NCBI GenBank assembly: GCA_963795675.1
Contig: CAWCJB010000004.1
Span: 306,376-370,375, forward strand
Direction of reading: 5' to 3'
DNA length: 64,000 nucleotides
Source: an uncultured Solirubrobacterales bacterium
Lineage (GTDB): Bacteria; Actinomycetota; Thermoleophilia; Solirubrobacterales; 70-9
Shown: one piece after another, positions 45,897 to 55,900 of the stretch
Position numbering within the stretch: the first letter of the stretch is position 1
Layout of the letters: every line of letters starts with the position of its first letter
Notes under the pieces: model-generated
The model's database searches: none
What the model saw: the letters and a program-made list of their open reading frames with translations, nothing else
What the model was told of the DNA's origin: nothing
Made by a program: the position numbers and the translations under genes

Positions 45897-46985
45897 ATGC
45901 GACTGGAGTTCGCGATCTCGGAGATGGGCGTCGGCGGTGCCGAGCGGGTCGTCGTCGACCTCGCCCGCGACGCGGTCGGGCGCGGCGACAAGCTGCTGCT
46001 GCTGGGCGCGCCGGGGCGCAACGACTCGGATCTGGCCGCGACCGGGATCCGGCGCGTCGCCCTGCCCACCGGTCGCACGCCGCTCGACCTCGCCCGCGCG
46101 GTCGGCCGCACCGCCCGCGCCACCCACGGCTTCGGGCCCGACCTGATCCACGCCCACAACGTCAAGGTGACCGCGGTGGCGCGCCTCGGCTCCCGCCTCG
46201 CGGGGCTGCACCGGCCACCGCTGCTGACGACCTACCACGGCGTCCCCCACGCGGAGGTCGACGCGGCCGCGCGCATCCTCGGGCTCGCCGACCTGGTCGC
46301 CTGCGTCTCCACCGACCTGATGGAACAGCTCGCCGCCCGCGGCGTCCCGCCGGAGCGGCTGGCGGTGGTCCCCAACGGGGTGCCCGACCCGAAGCCGACC
46401 AGCGCCGAGACGATCGAGGCGCTCGACGCCGAGCTCGGCCTCGACGCCGACACCCCGGTGGTCAGCGTGGTCGGCCGCCTGGTCGCACAGAAGGCCCACG
46501 ACCGCTTCCTGCGTGCCGCCAGTCTCGTCCACCAGAGCGTCCCCGAGGCACGGTTCCTGATCGTCGGCGACGGCGAGCTGCGGGCGTCGACCGAAGCCCT
46601 CGCCGACCAGCTCGGCCTGGCGGACGCGGTCGTCTTCACCGGGATCCGCGGCGACGCGACCACGATCATCGCCCGCTCCGACCTGCTCGTCTTCTCATCC
46701 GACTGGGAGGGCCTCTCGATCGCCGCGCTGGAGGCGCTGGCGCGGGGCGTCCCGGTCGTCTCGACCGCGGTCGAGGGCACCCGCGAACTGCTCAGCGAAG
46801 GGGCCGGCGTCGTCGTCCCCCACGAGGACGAGGCGCTGGCGGCGGCGATCGTCGAGTGCCTCGGCGACCCTGAGCGGCGGGCCGAGCTCGGCGCCACCGG
46901 GCGGCGGATCCACCGCGAGCGGTTCTCGACCGCCCGGATGGCCGCTGCCTACAGGACCTTGTACGAGCGGCTCCTGGCCGCCTGA
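45897..46985 (+). CDS. glycosyltransferase family 4
   Basis: ...EMGVGGAERVVVDLA.... C-terminal ...WEGLSIAALEALARGVPVV.... Confidence 0.75.
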   Translation: MRLEFAISEMGVGGAERVVVDLARDAVGRGDKLLLLGAPGRNDSDLAATGIRRVALPTGRTPLDLARAVGRTARATHGFGPDLIHAHNVKVTAVARLGSRLAGLHRPPLLTTYHGVPHAEVDAAARILGLADLVACVSTDLMEQLAARGVPPERLAVVPNGVPDPKPTSAETIEALDAELGLDADTPVVSVVGRLVAQKAHDRFLRAASLVHQSVPEARFLIVGDGELRASTEALADQLGLADAVVFTGIRGDATTIIARSDLLVFSSDWEGLSIAALEALARGVPVVSTAVEGTRELLSEGAGVVVPHEDEALAAAIVECLGDPERRAELGATGRRIHRERFSTARMAAAYRTLYERLLAA

Positions 46986-48469
46986 TCGGCGGCGGCGCGG
47001 ACCTCGAAGGTCTTCGACTCGGCGACGATCTTGCCGCGGCTGTCGTAGCCGATGATCTCCAGGGCGCTGGCGCGCTTCTTCGCGATCCCGCCGACGCGGC
47101 TGCGGCGCTTGCGGGTCTGGGCGACCTTTCTCTTGTTCTTGACGACCTTGTAGGAGACCGCGCCCGAGCCCTGCCGCGGCGTCCAGGCCAGGTCGACGCT
47201 GTGTCCGCCGACCGTGACGACCACTTCGATCGGCACCGGGGTCGGCAGCGTCGGATGGGTGGGCTTCGTCGGCGTGACCGGTACTTCCGGCGAGCCGGCC
47301 GCGGCGGTCCCGGTCAGGACCAGGGCGGAGTGCGCGGGCATGGTGGTGCCGGTTGCCCCTTCCAGGCCGGAGCCGGAGTAGGTGCCGCCGAAGCTGACAC
47401 TCTGCGCCGCTTCGGTCGGGTTGACCAGGACCAGGCCGGCTTCGAAGGCGCGCCGGTGCACGCCGCTCGCTTCTTCGGTCTCGGCCCCGGTGGCGTTGCC
47501 GATTTCGTATTCGTATTCCGGCAGCCAGGTTTCTTCGGTGTAGTTCGGGGTGAAGGCGTAGGAGGCCGAGTCGTCGCCGCCGAGCAGCACCGAGGCGTAG
47601 CCGTAGCGGGCGGCCTGCGTCTCGCCGCTGGCGCCCTGGGTGAAGCCGATGAAGATCTTGCCCTGGGAGGCGGCGTATTCGGCCTCTTCGACCTGGCTCT
47701 GCCACTGGTAGGCGGGGCGGTACCCTTCGCCCGCGCCGCGGCCCCACTTGACGAACATCTCGTCGAGGCCGCCGCTCAGGTAGCCGAGCCAGCGGTTGTA
47801 GGTCGGCTGCGCCTCGACCCACATCGCGAAGTTGCCGATCGCCAGCTTGCCGCGTGCCTGGATCTTCGGACCGATGTAGGCGAGGGCCGATTCCATCGCC
47901 GCCGAGTAGGAGGCGTCGTTCGGGTACTTCGCCACCTTGGCCGGGTCGTAGGCGTACTTGATGCTGGCGTTGGCGTCGTCGATGAAGACCCCGTCCCAGC
48001 CCTGCGCTTCGACTTCGCCGATCACGTTTTCGTACCAGCGCTGCTGGTAGGCGGCCGAGCCGATGTCCATCGCCCACAACCATTCGTAGCCTTCCGAGGT
48101 GAACTTGCTTCCGCTGGTGTTCTTCAGGAACCAGGATTCGGGGGCTTCGCCGGAGGCCACCCCGGTCGACGCGGTGGCGTCGGTCCCGGCGCCGGGACCG
48201 CTGAAGGAGAGGTTCTTGTAGACCAGCACCTTGGTGCTCGGGTTGGCGGCCTTCAGTTCATGCAGCCGTTTCGTTTCCCAGGCCTGCAGGATCACGTAGT
48301 TGTCGCGGTGCGGCGTGTATTCAGCGCTCGCGGAGGCGCTGTCGAGGGCCGGGAAGACGTGGCCGAGCGGGCTGGCGCCGGCGGCGCCGGCGGTCACGCC
48401 GAAGAGCGCCACGAGGGCGCTGAGGGCGAGGGCGAAGCGGAGGGCCAGGAGTCTCATCCCTCCCGCCAT
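46949..48469 (-). CDS. secreted putative glycoside hydrolase (GHL15/GH114-like TIM barrel) with a C-terminal Ig/FN3-like domain
   Basis: Signal peptide MRLLALRFALALSALVALFG.... ...VLVYKN...WFLKN...WAMDIGS..YQQRW...GWDGVFIDD.... The start is one of 48457, 48469 or 48493. Confidence 0.55.
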   Translation of the reverse strand: MAGGMRLLALRFALALSALVALFGVTAGAAGASPLGHVFPALDSASASAEYTPHRDNYVILQAWETKRLHELKAANPSTKVLVYKNLSFSGPGAGTDATASTGVASGEAPESWFLKNTSGSKFTSEGYEWLWAMDIGSAAYQQRWYENVIGEVEAQGWDGVFIDDANASIKYAYDPAKVAKYPNDASYSAAMESALAYIGPKIQARGKLAIGNFAMWVEAQPTYNRWLGYLSGGLDEMFVKWGRGAGEGYRPAYQWQSQVEEAEYAASQGKIFIGFTQGASGETQAARYGYASVLLGGDDSASYAFTPNYTEETWLPEYEYEIGNATGAETEEASGVHRRAFEAGLVLVNPTEAAQSVSFGGTYSGSGLEGATGTTMPAHSALVLTGTAAAGSPEVPVTPTKPTHPTLPTPVPIEVVVTVGGHSVDLAWTPRQGSGAVSYKVVKNKRKVAQTRKRRSRVGGIAKKRASALEIIGYDSRGKIVAESKTFEVRAAADQAARSRSYKVL

Positions 48470-48579
48470 CGACCGTCCAGAAGGCCAGTGCAAGCCGTTT
48501 GGACGAACTTCCCTTGCGTGGCTGGACGTCTGTTGGACCCCCTGGTTAATCTGAAGTCGGTGCGGGGTCCCCGGAGAGC

Positions 48580-50031
48580 GTGAAGACGCCTGACGTGATC
48601 GTTGTCGGCGCCGGCGCGGCCGGTGCCTGGGCGGCCAAGGAGCTGGCCGAGCGCGGGCTCTCCGTCACCGTGCTCGATGCCGGGCCGCTGGTCGCGGCGC
48701 CCGACGGCACCGGGCTGGCGCGAAGGCCGGTGCAATCGCACTGCTACGCCTGCACCGAGGAGGCCGCCTACCTCTTCGTCGATGACCTCGACAACCCCTA
48801 CGAGGTGGCCCCTGGCACCCAGTTCAGCTGGCTCCGCGGCCGCCAGGTCGGCGGTCGGATGCTCACCTGGGGGCTGACCTCGCCGCAACTGGAGGACGAC
48901 GAGCTGAAGGCCGCCTCCGCCGACGGGATCGGCGAGAACTGGCCGCTCGCCGCCGCCGACCTCGCCCCCGCCTACTCGCGGGTCGAGGAGTTCCTCGAGG
49001 TCGGGCGAGGCCCGCTGAACGCCGCCGAGCGCGGGTTGAAGGAGGCGGTCGAGGCCCGCTGGCCGACCCGCCGGGTCGAGGCGAGCCCGAAAGCCTGCAA
49101 GGAACCGCTGCGGCCGCTGCAGGCCGCCCTCGCGACCGGTCGCGTGACGCTGCTCGCCGACACGATCGCCGAGCGGCTGCTGGTCGGAGCCGACGGCGAC
49201 CGGGTGAGCGGCGTGGTCGTGGTCGATCGGCGCAGCGGCGCCCGCGACGAACTATCGGCCCGGGCTGTCGTCCTCTGCGCCTCGACGCTCGAGTCGACCC
49301 GCCTGCTGCTCAACTCGGCCGGTGGCGATCACCCCGACGGCCTGGCGAACTCCTCAGGCGCCCTCGGCCGCTACTTGATGGACCACACCTCTGGGGTCTA
49401 CTTCGAGGGCCGCGCTCCCCGCCGCGAGAGGTCGGCGGAGGAGTCGCCGAGCGAAGGCGGCTTCCTGGGCGGATTCCGCAACGTCACCGAGCCGGTCGAC
49501 GGGTTCCATCGCAGCTACGAGGTCGAGTTCCAGGTGCTCCCCGGCAGCGGGCGGCGGAGGCCACTGCGGCGCGACACCAGGGACACCTTCTGGATGTGCG
49601 CCTTCGGCGAGATGCTGCCCGACCTGGAGAACCGGGTCGAGATCGATCCGGGCCGGACCGACGCCTGGGGTATCCCCACCCTGCTGGTCAGCGCCCGCCA
49701 CTCCGACAACGAGCGGGCGATGGCGGCCGATCAGGCCACCACGCTGAAGGAGATGCTCGACGTCGCCGGCTTCGAGATCACCGGCAGCGAAACCAAGCTC
49801 GCCCCGATCGGCATGACGGCCCATGAGATGGGCACCGCGCGGATGGGCGCCGACCCGGCCACCTCCGTCCTCAACTCCTGGAACCAGGCCTGGGACATAC
49901 CCAACCTCTTCCTCACCGACGCCGCCAGCTTCACCTCCAGCGGCCACCGCAACCCGACCCTGACGATCATGGCCCTGACCGTCCGCGCCTGCGGCCGGCT
50001 GGCCGACCTGCTCGAGGGCGGCGACCTCTAA
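48580..50031 (+). CDS. GMC-family FAD-dependent oxidoreductase
   Basis: DVIVVGAGAAGAWAAKELAERG. C-terminal ...HEMGTARMG... and ...NPTLTIMAL.... Confidence 0.8.
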   Translation: MKTPDVIVVGAGAAGAWAAKELAERGLSVTVLDAGPLVAAPDGTGLARRPVQSHCYACTEEAAYLFVDDLDNPYEVAPGTQFSWLRGRQVGGRMLTWGLTSPQLEDDELKAASADGIGENWPLAAADLAPAYSRVEEFLEVGRGPLNAAERGLKEAVEARWPTRRVEASPKACKEPLRPLQAALATGRVTLLADTIAERLLVGADGDRVSGVVVVDRRSGARDELSARAVVLCASTLESTRLLLNSAGGDHPDGLANSSGALGRYLMDHTSGVYFEGRAPRRERSAEESPSEGGFLGGFRNVTEPVDGFHRSYEVEFQVLPGSGRRRPLRRDTRDTFWMCAFGEMLPDLENRVEIDPGRTDAWGIPTLLVSARHSDNERAMAADQATTLKEMLDVAGFEITGSETKLAPIGMTAHEMGTARMGADPATSVLNSWNQAWDIPNLFLTDAASFTSSGHRNPTLTIMALTVRACGRLADLLEGGDL

Positions 50032-50073
50032 GCGGCGACAGCACAACCGATGCACCCGACGGCAGGAAAGCCG

Positions 50074-50319
50074 CTAGGCCGTGCGACTCTCGAAAAAGCG
50101 ACGCGTGGGCGGAAGCAGGAGCAGGCAAAGTTGGAGTAACCCGAACGCGTTGGCCCACCAGGTACCGCTTCCGATCACGAGGCCGATGACGCCGATCAGG
50201 GCAAAGCCCGCGACCGTTGCGATCCAGAGCCAGCGAACTGCGCGGAGCAGAAAGTAATCCCAGGCGGCCCCAAAGACGACGAAGAAGATCGCGGGTTTGA
50301 CGTGGTTCGATCGCGCCAA
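50074..50319 (-). CDS. small membrane protein (81 aa)
   Basis: Three hydrophobic segments. No family recognised. Confidence 0.4.
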   Translation of the reverse strand: MARSNHVKPAIFFVVFGAAWDYFLLRAVRWLWIATVAGFALIGVIGLVIGSGTWWANAFGLLQLCLLLLPPTRRFFESRTA

Positions 50320-50426
50320 GAGGAAGACCAGATTGACACCCGTAGTCGCGACGTACGCTCAAAGCGACCAAGGAATTTTCTCAGGGTTGATCCCCATGAA
50401 AGCCCGGCCGAAGGTCGCGGGTTCGC

Positions 50427-51314
50427 TCAGTGGCTTTCGGCCGCCGACTGAAGGTGCGATTCAAACTCGCTGGTCGCGTTGAACACTTCGTCCGGGTCCG
50501 GTAGCCCGATCTTCGGCACCCGACCGAAGTCGACGTAGTCGATGGTCATGTCGGTGGTGGTCGACTCTTCCTCTTCGCCCACCGTGCCCGAGACGACCAC
50601 CTGCATCCGCCGCACGCGGTCCTGCCCGTCGATCCAGACGTCGGTATGCAGCGCCGAGACGTGAAGCTTGACGCCGAATACTTCTTCGGCAGCAGGCAGG
50701 ATGCCCCGGAAGTGCGTGGTCGGCACCCCGCCGATGTCCTCCTTGCCGATCTCTTCCGCGCCCTGGACGCGTTCGAGGATCTTCAGTCCTTCCTCTGGCC
50801 CGGCATCGGCCGAGGCCGCGGAGCCGAGGCCTTTGACCGCAGACGAAAGATCCAGCTCGAGCCACTTCTTCCCTTCCGGGAACGATTCGAACTGATCCGA
50901 GCTCACATAAGTCGTCGTGCCGTTCACGATGGCCAGGGCCTTAACTTCGCGGCCGGTCTTGTGGCCCTTGACGGTGAACGTCCCGCGGGACCGGCCGCTG
51001 TCGTCGAAGACCAGGGATCCGGTCTCGGTGAGCCCTTCAGGCGTGGTCGCCGAGGTGACCGTGGCATGGAACACGGCGCGCCCTCCCGGCTCACGCTGCG
51101 TGATCTCGGCCGCATTCGCGATCGCGTTGAGCGGCCCGCCGCCGCTGCCGCCCCCTTGCGCCACGACGAAGGCGACGATGGCGATGGCCACCACCGCCAG
51201 GCCGGCGCCGACCCACCGACGGGCCCGCTGACGTCCAGGCGCATCGCCTTCGACCCCCGCAGATTTCAGCCCGCCCCCCACGCTTGGATGAGGATAATCG
51301 TTTCGGTACGCCAT
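50427..51314 (-). CDS. membrane-anchored/exported hypothetical protein
   Basis: MAYRNDYP..., one TM segment (WVGAGLAVVAIAIVAFVV), then a soluble domain of about 230 aa. The track start is 51368. Confidence 0.5.
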   Translation of the reverse strand: MAYRNDYPHPSVGGGLKSAGVEGDAPGRQRARRWVGAGLAVVAIAIVAFVVAQGGGSGGGPLNAIANAAEITQREPGGRAVFHATVTSATTPEGLTETGSLVFDDSGRSRGTFTVKGHKTGREVKALAIVNGTTTYVSSDQFESFPEGKKWLELDLSSAVKGLGSAASADAGPEEGLKILERVQGAEEIGKEDIGGVPTTHFRGILPAAEEVFGVKLHVSALHTDVWIDGQDRVRRMQVVVSGTVGEEEESTTTDMTIDYVDFGRVPKIGLPDPDEVFNATSEFESHLQSAAESH

Positions 51315-51469
51315 CGGCTTGGGGAAGGAGTACGAAAAACGAACCGTGATGGCCCCGAGACCTCCCACGCGCTCACGTTCGATTGGTCGGCACCTTTAGA
51401 GGCGGTGTAGGTTGCGCGGATGCGCCGGATCCCTTTCCCATCAAGACTCGATACGACGGAGAAACTCAG

Positions 51470-51970
51470 ATGAGAGCTTCCAAGAAGATCGGCCGCCTTT
51501 GCACAACTTCCGTGCTCCTTAGCCCCTGTGTCTTCGCTGTACTAGTGAGCTCTGCGAGTGCGATCGGTGGTTCCACCGTGACCTTCGAGGAACTTGACAA
51601 GGGCTCGACCTTCCATTTCGTCGACAACGCGCCGAAAGCCACGCTCAAGAACGGCGCGTTGTTCAGCCCGGGCGACATGCTGATCGTCACCAACCCGCTC
51701 GCGATGGGAGGCAAGGTCGTAGGCAAGATCCGGACCGTCTGTACGGCGACCGGTGCCGGCAACACCAAGAACCCAGCCGCGGCCGGCTTCGACTGCACCG
51801 GGATAGGCAGGATTCCGGGTGGATCCTTGGTCCTCGTAGGGGAACTGGGCGAAGGGCCTGTGGAAGGTGCCATCACGGGTGGCACGGGGATCTACGCGGG
51901 AGCGAGGGGCACCTTCGTCTCCAGGAACGGAAAAAGCTTCTCGACGACCACGGTGACGCTGCTCGAATAG
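51470..51970 (+). CDS. secreted small beta-barrel protein (dirigent/allene-oxide-cyclase-like)
   Basis: Signal peptide. ...GD.LIVTNPL...G..VGKIRTVC.....ITGGTGIYAGARGTF... pattern. GGAGA Shine-Dalgarno before the ATG at 51470. Confidence 0.5.
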   Translation: MRASKKIGRLCTTSVLLSPCVFAVLVSSASAIGGSTVTFEELDKGSTFHFVDNAPKATLKNGALFSPGDMLIVTNPLAMGGKVVGKIRTVCTATGAGNTKNPAAAGFDCTGIGRIPGGSLVLVGELGEGPVEGAITGGTGIYAGARGTFVSRNGKSFSTTTVTLLE

Positions 51971-52123
51971 GGACCATGGTCTTCGACCGGCATCCTCGGC
52001 CATGCGGGATCAACGGAAGGAGGTGAGTGAGATATTCGTGCGACCGCCGAACATGTTGACTTTGTTCGCGTCGGGAGCCCTCAGGTCGTGAGAACGTGCT
52101 TAGCGGCGACGGAGCCTGCGGTG

Positions 52124-53134
52124 CTAGTTGTGGACGATGTAGGCGCGTCGACCGTCAGGCGCGACCGAGATCACGAGCGGGAATGGTCCGACTTCGATCG
52201 CCTTGCCGACCACCTTGTCGGTCTTGGTGTCGATCACCGAAAGGGTTCCCGGTCCCAAACCGGTCACATAGGCGCGAGCGGCGACAGGGCTGATCGCGAT
52301 GGACGTCGGCCGATGCGCCACCCGTATCGGAGCGGCAGCCGGTCGACCGGTCTTGGCCGAGATCACCGAAACCGTGCCTTCTCGCGCATTGGCGACATAG
52401 ACGCGCTGCCCGTCAGGGGTGATGGAGACCGAGGTCGGACTCTTTCCCGTCCTGATCTTCCTGGCGGCGACAGTGTTCGTCGCGGTCCGGATGACGGAGA
52501 GGGTGTCGTCGCGAATGTTGGCCACGTAGACGCGACCGCCATCCGGAGCGACGGCGAGCGCCAGCGGATCCCGTCCGACCTTGATCGCGCGAGCGTCGAC
52601 CTCGTCGGTCGTGGTGTCGATCACAGATACGGTGCCGGCGCGGGTGTCGGTGACGTAGGCGTGAGTGCCGTCGGGCGAGATCGCGATGGCCGTCGGAGCG
52701 CGGCCGACCTTGATCGTCGCCACCACAGTGTCGGTCGCGGTATCGATCGCGGAGACCGAGTTGCTGCCGGAGTTGACGGCGTATACCCGGCTGCCGTCCG
52801 GGGTGATCGCGATTCCTTCCGGGTCGGGCCCGATCCGTATCGGGCTGCCGATCAGTCGGTCGGTCGCGAGATCGATCACCGCGACGCTCCTGTTTCCGGA
52901 GGTGACCACATAGGCCTTCTGACCGTCTGGACTGATCGCGATCGAACTCGCGTAGGGCCCGACCTTGATCGGCTTGGCCGCCGGCCGGTCGGTCGCGGTG
53001 TCGATGACCGCCACCGTCCGACGGGGAGCGAGGATTCCGCTTTGAACTCTTGCCTCAGCGACGAATGCGAACATCAGCGACCCCGCGACCAACAGCACGA
53101 GAGCGGCCCATCCACGGAGGCCTTTCTGAATCAC
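52124..53134 (-). CDS. YVTN-family seven-bladed beta-propeller repeat protein, exported
   Basis: Seven repeats of ...P..IAI(S/T)PDG..(A/V)YV.N.....VSVID..T.....I.VG.... N-terminal signal/anchor. Confidence 0.8.
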   Translation of the reverse strand: MIQKGLRGWAALVLLVAGSLMFAFVAEARVQSGILAPRRTVAVIDTATDRPAAKPIKVGPYASSIAISPDGQKAYVVTSGNRSVAVIDLATDRLIGSPIRIGPDPEGIAITPDGSRVYAVNSGSNSVSAIDTATDTVVATIKVGRAPTAIAISPDGTHAYVTDTRAGTVSVIDTTTDEVDARAIKVGRDPLALAVAPDGGRVYVANIRDDTLSVIRTATNTVAARKIRTGKSPTSVSITPDGQRVYVANAREGTVSVISAKTGRPAAAPIRVAHRPTSIAISPVAARAYVTGLGPGTLSVIDTKTDKVVGKAIEVGPFPLVISVAPDGRRAYIVHN

Positions 53135-53212
53135 CGGCCGAACCTAGCGTGTTCAGCCCGCGGAGCCGCCGCGCTCCGGATCGCCCCACCTGACGCGCTT
53201 TGGTTCATAGTC

Positions 53213-54898
53213 TCAACTTGAGCTGCCGATGCCAAGGGAGGCGATATCGACTCCGAAGGTCGGGTTCGAAACTATCTTCCCAAGGTCGATCCGCCTTGAG
53301 ACGAAGACCGGCACGAGGTTGTTGCCGATCGGAACCCACGGGGCGAAGTGCATGTAGGTCCGGTCCAGTGCGGCGTAGCGGCCTTCCGGCGTCGTCGGCG
53401 CGGGCCGCGTCTCAAGGCGGTCGATCATCTGCGTCAGGTCAGGGACGAAGAATCGCGACAGGTTCTGGTTGTAGTAAGGGGTGGCGCGAGTGCCGAGCGT
53501 TTCCCTGAAGAAGTCATCCGGATCCGGATAGTTGGCGAAGTAGCCGCTGAGCCCGGCGTCGGGATTTGCCTGCCCGGGGCCTTCGATCAAGGCGAAATAG
53601 CGTTCCGGTTCGAGGACCTTCAGGTGGACGGTGAACCCGAGTTCTTCGAGAACCGCGGCGAAGTAGACGTTGAACTCGACTGGCGTGAGGTCGCCGGGTT
53701 CGCCGTAAGTCCAGAGGGTGATGTCGCGGACCGACGGGTTCGCCGCGCCGATCATCTGCCGCGCCTTGGCCATGTCGTGGGGATAGAGAGAGGACTTCCT
53801 GTATCCCGGCAGGTCGGGCGGAAGGATCTGCTGCGTCGGTGACACCTGGCCGCCGGAGAGGAGGCTGAAGACGTTGCGGTTGATGGCGAAGTTGACCGCG
53901 CGGCGGACCCGGACGTCGTCGAAGGGGGGCTTCGAGGTGTTCAGCCAGAAGTATTCGGTGCTGAGGGTGGGCTCGAGGCGGACGCGAGACGGGAACCGGT
54001 GCCGCAGGGACACGTAGTCGGCACCGGACATCTCTTCGGATATCCAGTCGATCTTCCCCTTTTCGACGCCCCTTATCGCCTTCGCCACGCTGCGGACCAC
54101 CCTGATCCTGATCGTGTCGAGATGCCCGCTCGGGATCCGCGGCATCAACTTGTGGTTGCGCGACCGCCACTCGGGGTTCCGCTCGTAGGTCCAGCCGCGC
54201 CGCGTCGAGTGGGTGATGACGTAAGGACCGGTGGCCGGGGGCGGATCGAACGTTTGATTGTGGATCGGCGTGCCCGGCGGCACCGGCGCCGTGAACGTCA
54301 TCGCCAGCTTGCGGGCGAAGGACCGTTCCGGCCTGACCAGATGGATCACGATGCTCCCCGTCCGGTCGTCGGTGACGATCCCTGGCATGCCCCCAAGCCC
54401 CGTCCTCTCGAACCTTTTGGCGCCGACGATGTCGTCGTAGAAGTAGTCGGGGCCGTAGCCCGAATCGAGGCGGAACATCCGTTCGACCGTGAACCTGAAA
54501 TCCGACGCCCGGACCGGCTCACCGTCCGAGTAACGGAGGCCTCTGCGGAGGTGCAGCGTGTAGGTGCGGCCGTGGTCGGTGATCCGCGGCAGACTCCGGG
54601 CGAGACCGGGAATGACCTCGCTGCCGGCCTTGCCGCCTGCGTGTCTATAGGTGAGCAGCGGGATGTAGGTGTCGTAGATCACGTCCAGGCTGTAGTTGCT
54701 CCAGGCCACCTGAGGGTCAAGGTCGGGACGCCAGGTGTATGCACCCGTGACGGTCCGCGCGGCTCGTCCATGCGGCTCTTGTTGACGCCCATGGGGTGGC
54801 TTACCGCCGGCGCCTGCGGACCCTGCGTTGCTCAAGAGGGCGGCAGCCGCGACGAGGATCCCGAGCCAATACCTATTGAGCCGCAAGGGCGAGATCAT
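53213..54898 (-). CDS. ABC-transporter substrate-binding protein, family 5 (peptide/nickel type), orphan
   Basis: 561 aa with a signal peptide and SBP_bac_5-like length and motifs. No permease or ATPase genes are adjacent. Confidence 0.7.
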   Translation of the reverse strand: MISPLRLNRYWLGILVAAAALLSNAGSAGAGGKPPHGRQQEPHGRAARTVTGAYTWRPDLDPQVAWSNYSLDVIYDTYIPLLTYRHAGGKAGSEVIPGLARSLPRITDHGRTYTLHLRRGLRYSDGEPVRASDFRFTVERMFRLDSGYGPDYFYDDIVGAKRFERTGLGGMPGIVTDDRTGSIVIHLVRPERSFARKLAMTFTAPVPPGTPIHNQTFDPPPATGPYVITHSTRRGWTYERNPEWRSRNHKLMPRIPSGHLDTIRIRVVRSVAKAIRGVEKGKIDWISEEMSGADYVSLRHRFPSRVRLEPTLSTEYFWLNTSKPPFDDVRVRRAVNFAINRNVFSLLSGGQVSPTQQILPPDLPGYRKSSLYPHDMAKARQMIGAANPSVRDITLWTYGEPGDLTPVEFNVYFAAVLEELGFTVHLKVLEPERYFALIEGPGQANPDAGLSGYFANYPDPDDFFRETLGTRATPYYNQNLSRFFVPDLTQMIDRLETRPAPTTPEGRYAALDRTYMHFAPWVPIGNNLVPVFVSRRIDLGKIVSNPTFGVDIASLGIGSSS

Positions 54899-55525
54899 GG
54901 GCAGCGACCAGCGGTCCGTCCGGCGATGGCCTGGACGCCGCTGATGATCGGTTCGGTGACTTCGTTGCTCTTCGGTCGGAAGATGCCGACCATGAACAAG
55001 CAGCTCCCCTCAGTGAACAGGCCGCTCCCGACCCCGACTTCTAGCCCGAGTTCGTCAGCCGCCTTGCTAGGGAGAAACGCAAAGGCGACAGCCTTGGAGA
55101 CGCCGGGGACCTTGAAGCGTCGCAGGATGGGTAATTTCGGCGTCCCTTTGTTTCGCATCGCTCGCAGATCGAAGTCTTCCTTCAACCTGGCCTTCATCTC
55201 AGCTCTCGCGCCTGCCGCCGTTTCGAACTCGAAAACACTTGAGATGCCCCTGGCCGCCGGTTCGGTCCGGTCGTGGAGCCGGACGAGGGCCGCTTCGACG
55301 AAGCCCTCCGATGCATAGCGCCTGATTTCGGGCTCGGCAGGACTTTCTCCTGCGCCGTCTCTCACCGCCGAGACCGTCCGGAACACCTGGGCCTTGCCGG
55401 GCAACGACCCCAGGCATGTTTCCCGGCTTCACCAGATAGGAGACGAGCGGGGAGGGGTCGCTGGCGTTTGCCACTGAGGGCAATATCCCGACCAAAACCA
55501 GCGTCGCGGCGGCCAGAAACCACAT
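54895..55525 (-). pseudogene. exported hypothetical protein interrupted by a +1 frameshift at a G4 (C4 on the plus strand) run
   Basis: Signal peptide MWFLAAATLVLVGILPSVANA (ORF 55199..55567) continues in the frame of ORF 54895..55404 after 55408-55411. ATGA overlap with the downstream SBP start. Confidence 0.55.
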
Positions 55526-55606
55526 CGTCCGCCGACAGGAGCCCGAGATCGGTTCAATCGCCGTCATAAAGTCCTTCGGTTTCAGGTCGCCCAGCTTTCC
55601 TAGGTC

Positions 55607-55855
55607 TCAGGTCGCCGAGATCAGTGCGCCACCTAACGGTACTTCGCTTCCCCAGCGATAAACGCCGAACACGATCAGAGTAACGAACAGGCCGAGTACC
55701 GCCGCTAGCAGTTCGCCTCGAATCAGACAGGCGACAATTGCAAGCCCGCAAACCGCTGCCATGACAAGCCAAGTACCGACATTCCATTCATTTTCCTGCC
55801 CTAAGTATGGCGCCGTTGGTGACAACTCTGGCCCGGTCATCTGATTTCTTAGCAT
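55607..55855 (-). CDS. small two-TM membrane protein (82 aa)
   Basis: Two hydrophobic helices. Located in the lower-GC region. Confidence 0.4.
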   Translation of the reverse strand: MLRNQMTGPELSPTAPYLGQENEWNVGTWLVMAAVCGLAIVACLIRGELLAAVLGLFVTLIVFGVYRWGSEVPLGGALISAT

Positions 55856-55900
55856 GCACCCGCTCCATGAGCCCTTACGCCTCGGAACGCAGCGCGACGG

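Noticed and set aside
50395-50470. tRNA-like strings (ggtcgcgggttcg and gctcagtggc).
   Set aside because: No cloverleaf can be drawn. The segment is the in-frame 3' end of the 50427..51314 gene (…SEFESHLQSAAESH stop).
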